NCBI RefSeq assembly: GCF_009914755.1
Contig: NC_060932.1
DNA from: the human T2T-CHM13v2.0 reference genome, Homo sapiens
Strand: one strand, 5' to 3'
Length of the DNA: 64,000 nucleotides
Position numbers and translations under genes: made by a program
The notes under the pieces: generated by a model
Seen by the model: the letters and a program-made list of their open reading frames with translations, nothing else
What the model was told of the DNA's origin: nothing
Database searches by the model: none
Shown here: one piece after another, positions 58,420-64,000 of the stretch
Position numbering within the stretch: position 1 is the first letter of the stretch
Layout: every line of letters begins with the position of its first letter

Positions 58420-58610
58420 CTTTTTTTTTTCTTTTTTTAATGGAGACAGGGTCTTCCTGTCTCTATTAAAGCAAGTTAGTAATGTCTCTGTTATAATAAA
58501 ATGTCTCCATTAACAGCCCGTTGCCCAGGCCGGAGTGCAGTTTTGTGATCATAGCTCACTGCAGCCTCACACTCCTGGGCTCAAGCAGTCCTCTCACCTT
58601 GGCCTTCTGG
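58420..58610 (-). mobile_element. Alu monomer (FLAM-like) carrying a ~63-nt internal insertion
   Basis: TSD gtcattcttttt. Confidence 0.8.
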
Positions 58611-58867
58611 ATGTCATTCTTTTTTACTTTCCTTTCACTTACAATCCTCAGACACAGATCTTGCTGTTCCTCACATGGACCAAGCATGTTCCTTATGTAG
58701 TGCCTTGTCCTTGCTAATTCCCTTTCCTTACCATTCTTCCTCCAGATCTCAGTGAGCTGTGTCTTCTCTTTATTTATATTCTGTTCGGGCGTAACTGCAG
58801 AATAGAGGGAATCTTTGATAACCCTTTGTAAAATAGTAACTTTCTCCGCCTCTTCCTGTTACACTGA

Positions 58868-59173
58868 TTTTTTTTTTCTTTTTTTTTCTTTTTTGAGACA
58901 GTCTCATTCTATCACCCCGTCTGGAGTGCAGTGACGCAGTCTCGGCTCACTGCAACCTCTGTCTCCCAGGTTAAAGCAATTCTATTGCCTCAGCCTCCCC
59001 AGTAGCTGGAATTACATGTACACCACAATGCCCGGCTAATTTTTGTATTTTTAGGAGAGATGGGGTATCACCATATTGGCCAGGCTGGTCTCGAACTTCC
59101 TGACCTCAAGTGATCCACCTGCCTCAGCTTCCCAAAGTGCTGGGATTACAGGCATGAGCCACTATGCCCAGCC
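58868..59173 (-). mobile_element. AluS
   Basis: Reverse-strand Alu; TSD ctgattttttt. Confidence 0.93.
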
Positions 59174-60247
59174 TGATTTTTTTGATTGTTATAGCTCTTA
59201 TTATCACCTGACTTATTTCATTCATATATGTATATATTGTTTATTTCTCTTCCTCCATAACAGTGAAATTTCCATAAGAACAAAGACTTTGTTTATTAAA
59301 GTGACAGGTGCTCAATAAACATTGTTCAGTGAATGGATTCTTGCCCTTTGCTAGAGTCCTGTTAGCAGTAATGAATCTTCAGAGTCCCTAAACCAGGATC
59401 CCAGGATCTGGTTAGTCTTCTGTACCCGTTATATGGTCCCTTTCTTGAAGAAGAATAAGAATTAAAGTAAGATTTTTTATATAATATATTTAAACCTGTG
59501 TGGAGATATGCTGTTTTCTGTTTTTTAAGATTTACCTCCAAAATTTTAGTAGGTAGTTGTTAAAGCTGCACAAAATTGAAATATTCTAAAATTTTAGATA
59601 TGAGGTAATTAAGAAGAAAAAGCATACGCATATATCCTTTAAAAACATAATAGTTACTATATATAATTGAACTCAAATATGTGAAATTATTCTTGAAAGA
59701 GTTTTAAGTCGTTTTTTTCTTTTGAATACTGTTACAATTACTATTTCAGAACATTATAAAACATCACTAATAGTTTCTATGCCAATAATGTTTCCTAAGT
59801 GAAATATTTTTATGTATACTTTTTCATGCCATCCAATATGTTGATGTATGGCATTTCCACCTAAATTTTAAAGAAAATTCTTCTTAGAAGACTGCTCATT
59901 CCCCAGACTGAACATTGGGTTTGTAAGACCTGATAATTTCAGATGTTTTTTATATTCCTGCAAAATAGTTTGCTCAAAGTTGTTGTTTCAGTTTTACAGA
60001 AGAAGATAGAGAAAATTGTGTTCAAGACCAGTTAGGCCACTTTAGAAGCTGTAGGCCATTTTTTCCTCAACTTTGTCTTCCTACCATCACATTCATATTT
60101 TCTTCCATATCCACATATCACTTACAAAATTAATATTTTTCTGTATTTAAATTGGCACTTATGCTTTTTTTAAACCAAAGTTTATACCACTCTCATAAAT
60201 GAGAAACTCGCGTAACTTTCTATAAATAGAATATAACTTTAAAAATA

Positions 60248-60535
60248 GGCCCGGTGTGGTGGCCTATGCATGTAATCCTAGCACTTTGGGAGGCTAAGGC
60301 AGGAGGATCACTTGAGACCAGGCATTTGTGATCAGGCTGGGCAACATAGAGAGTCCACTCTACAAAAAATAAAACAAAATAATTAGCTGAGGGTGGTGGT
60401 GTGGTCCCAGCTACTCGGGAGGCTGAAGGAGGAGGATTGATTTGAGCGAAGGAGGTTGAGGCCATGACTGCACCTCTGCACTCCAGCCTGGGCAATAGAG
60501 TGAGATTCTTCCTCAAAAATAAATACATACATAAA
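60248..60535 (+). mobile_element. AluJ-like
   Basis: Diverged sense-strand Alu. Confidence 0.9.
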
Positions 60536-60857
60536 ATTGATAATAAAATACTGTTATTAAGTTCTAACTACCTGCTAAAGCCTGGGGCTGAAGACTATTC
60601 TCTGGAGATTTTCCAGTGTTAGAGATTATCATCTTATGGTAAGCAGAAGAAGGAAAAGAGACTGAAGATAGAACACTTTTCTCACCGCGAGTCAGTGCTA
60701 TTTAATGTCTTATTCTTGTATTCCCCACGTTATTCTGGGTACCTCCTGCATCATCTTGCATTGCAAGTGGTTTTGGTTCCATACATTGAGAAACAATCAA
60801 CTTTACTATCAAAAATTAGCTTATGATGATTTTGATGATTATTCAATTATTATTCAG

Positions 60858-60970
60858 TCTCGAAAACCATCAGTTTCCTGCAAAGCCATTGAGAGAGTCC
60901 CAGAGCCACCTTCTTACTGATTCTCAGTCTTGGACGGAGAGCAGCATAAACCCAGGAAAATGCAAAGCTG
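60858..60970 (+). CDS. ZDHHC2: coding exon 11 (LENHQFPAK...PGKCKA)
   Basis: Acceptor tattcag|, donor CTG|GTAAGG; matches part of ORF-track entry 60823..61017. Confidence 0.95.
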
Positions 60971-62792
60971 GTAAGGGTGTGCTTGTTTGGCTGTTTTTTG
61001 ACATATTTTATTTTTAGAAGGTAAACGTGGTTAAAAAAAATCCATTATACTACCTACAGATGTTTTCTTAGTTTGGAGTCAGACTTCTATTCTAAATTCA
61101 GAATTATTTTCAAAGAACTATTTATGAGGTTCGTTAATAACCTGTTAGCAGCAGAAAATCATTTTGTGAAAGATGGATCTGCATTGCCTTTTTTCTGTTT
61201 AAAGAACCAAATCTTTATCACCATTCCTCAAATAAAATGATAGAAGTAAATTCAAAATATAAAGTATAAAAATGAAAAAACTACAATCAAATCAGATAGA
61301 AGATAAATATCTACTGAAAAGGACCTTAAATTATTCAGTTCTATCTTTTACTCCAAGATTTCTGTCCAATTTCAAAATGTCTGAGTAAAGTTACTGTGTA
61401 CCATAAGTTCAGCTGCCTGCGATTTCTTCATATCCCACTCACATTCCTCTTGTTACTGTTGTTGATTTCAATCTTTTGTTTTCTTCAGTCAGTGTAGTTT
61501 GTTAGCAAGGAACAAGCAAGGCTCCGAAGTCAGACCTGATTTAAAAACCCTAATTTGGGCTCCTAGTAGGGTGTGATATGTGTCACGTTACCTAACATCT
61601 TTTAGACTTAGCTTTGTTCTTTTCAAAAGACTACCTATTTCTCAATATTGATAAGGAGTAGACAAAATAGGGTGATCATACATGCATGTGTGTGTATATA
61701 TGTGTGTTGTCCACATAAAGGAGTTAAAGCCATACATCTGTGATTAAGGCGTTATTAGCCAGAAAATCTTCAGATTGACTACTAACCTTTTCTCCTTCGT
61801 TTCTAGTCTTTTCAAATAAACCAGTCAACGTTTTAAAGTGTAATGAACCAAAGTCAGGTAGTACGAGAGTTTGAAGAAACCTCTGGGATTTAGTGGTAGC
61901 GAAAAACAAATGGATGATCCTGAGTAAATATTCTAGTCATTATTTAATATATTATCAGTCATCTTCTCCTAAAATAGAAGCTTTCTTTAGCCTTATCTTT
62001 AAGAAATATATTTGCCTCCCAGAGGGTCCCATTATTTGACTATTCATAATTTGGTCACTCTCTTGACCTTCACACATGCCATTTCACTTTCTAATCTATG
62101 GCAAGGACTAGGCATTGCCTAAACAAAAGTTGATGACACTGATTTGTTCTTTGAATCCATCATTTTCGTTAGAGGCAGAGAAGTGATAAATAGTTGGGGG
62201 TCAATTGTTGAGACGTGGAAAAACAAAGAATTCCTCTTCATCCAGAAGGGATTCACATTTCATCTTACATAATTTATGTTAAAATAGCAGTGGTTTCTTG
62301 ATTTTCACATGCTATTATAATTCTTCGGCATGTTCGATTAATTTTTTTGTTAGTTGGATGAAATGAAGAACTACTTAAAGTGTAAAGGATGATGTATAGG
62401 AAGGAAAAGAAGCAAGAAAAATGAGGTGAGAAAGTGCTCAAAGATTGGTTTGACTAGAATGAGGTTGGTAGAGGAAGAATTTGGAAACGTTGATGTAAGC
62501 TGATGTGAGCAGTGTGGGTCAATATATCTTTCATTATTATGTTTCTCTACTTCCTCAGATGTCTATTTCTGTTTTTAGTGTTTTGTGTGTGTGGGAGAGA
62601 GATAGTGGTTGTAACTGACACTGTATAACGGGTGTGTGTGTGTTTCTATATCACCATCTTATATATACCCTTATTATGTACAAGGCACCTTTGGAAGTCT
62701 ACCAAGGGATTCCTTATTCATAGATGAATAAGAAGTTTCTGCCTATTTGTTCAAAAGCAACCAAAAATGCTAACTTATGTGCTTTCATTAAG

Positions 62793-62833
62793 GTATGAGC
62801 AATCCTGCATTAACCATGGAAAATGAGACTTAA
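62793..62833 (+). CDS. ZDHHC2: coding exon 12 (GMSNPALTMENET*); exon probably continues as UTR to a donor after 62867
   Basis: Acceptor ctttcattaag|, TAA at 62831-62833; candidate donor AAA|GTACGA 34 nt after the stop. Confidence 0.93.
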
Positions 62834-64000
62834 CTCTTCAAGCAAGATAAATTCATACTTTATAAAAGTACGATAATTTTCCCTTTATTGTTTTATATTT
62901 TTAACAGTCTTCTAATTTTATTAGGGCAAATAGTTTCCATAAACATTTTTAATAATTTGTGAGTGATTCATATAGAAGATCTTTTACCTGACTTGTGAGA
63001 TTGCATTAGCCATGCTGGGGCTTCTGAGTGCAGACCTAGCTTCAGTATTAGCTGGTATTTGTGTTAACTTGATTAATTATATAAATAAGTTGATGAACAA
63101 GAGTCATTTTATATTAATGCATTAAGTGGTAGGGATCAATCCTAAAATACTGAACTATATGTAAAAATTATCTTGTCATTTTATAGGAAGTTAGAATAAT
63201 TATTTTTAATTTTTCTTCATCTTTCAGAATATACAGTGGTCATATCCTTGACCATCCATTAGGAAACTCTAAGTCGAAGTGCAATATAATTATATCTCAT
63301 TAATGTACTCATTAGCACACTGTCATTCCCATTTTTGGGTCATAGTAGGGCCTTATAGCATGTGTTAACCTTAAAATAATAGGTGTTCCAAATCATTTTC
63401 TTTAAGCCTTATTTTTTTTTAAACCTGCAGTTCCAAATCAGTTTCTTTAAAATATGATCTGTTTGTAAGCCTGCAGTCAATAAAAAGCTACAATAAGGAA
63501 CCCCTTTGGAACAAACAACTATATAATAAACAGTTTACCGAGCTGAATATTAAAGATAGCAAGATAACTCTCTCTTTACATAACGGCAATCTAGAATCCT
63601 AAAGTCTATGAAAAGCAAGAGATTCACTTGTAAAACAAAATGATTTGCATCAAAGTTCATGGATATCTGTTTTTATTTGTCTGTTCTGGTTTTGGTAAGT
63701 TAGCCATGTATTGTCAGCAAAATGCTGACCTGGCAATTTGCCAGCTGACTAGTATCTGATTTTGGGAAGAGCAGGATCAGCTCTGAATACCTGTTGCTAC
63801 AATAGGTCAGACTGACTATAACTGGTTAAAATAGTGAAAATTTCATCTGAATTTGATTAAATAGCAAAGACATTATTAAATTTCTGAAAATAATTTTAGA
63901 ATGTAACTATGAATGTAATTTTAGAGTATAGCTATAGCAAATATGAGTCACTACCAGCCAATACCACAAATAAAATATACAGAACATAGTTCTGTAAGAC

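Larger units (their letters stand above)
57840..59340 (+). mobile_element. L2 remnant interrupted by Alus
   Basis: ctacttgacac...catctccaactaaaca...gtcatcctggattcctctct...gtgctcaataaacattgttcagtgaatg. Confidence 0.7.

Overview
Primate (very probably human) genomic DNA containing essentially the whole coding region of ZDHHC2, a DHHC-type S-palmitoyltransferase, on the + strand. A CpG-island promoter lies at ~1.5-2.9 kb. Twelve coding exons with GT-AG boundaries (2305-62833) splice to 1104 nt = 367 aa + TAA. A final 3'UTR exon probably lies beyond the window. The introns are ordinary repeat-rich sequence (~22 Alus, L1, L2, MLT1/LTR16/LTR6-like LTRs, MER DNA transposons, microsatellites), and nearly all ORF-track entries are spurious. 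I found no clear new multi-gene system. The most notable unexplained structures are: (i) a 168-bp copy of exon 3 with its intact acceptor pasted into an L2 in intron 3; (ii) an inverted copy of an Alu arm plus flank pasted into an MLT1 LTR, and several smaller templated-insertion scars; (iii) a 112-aa overlapping alternative-frame ORF spanning exons 1-4, plus a strong-context MGS* uORF; (iv) splicing oddities: a recursive-type acceptor/donor at exon 12, an in-frame skippable DHHC microexon, and U12-like remnants in intron 8. Repeat family names are from recognition only, without a database search, and repeat boundaries are approximate.
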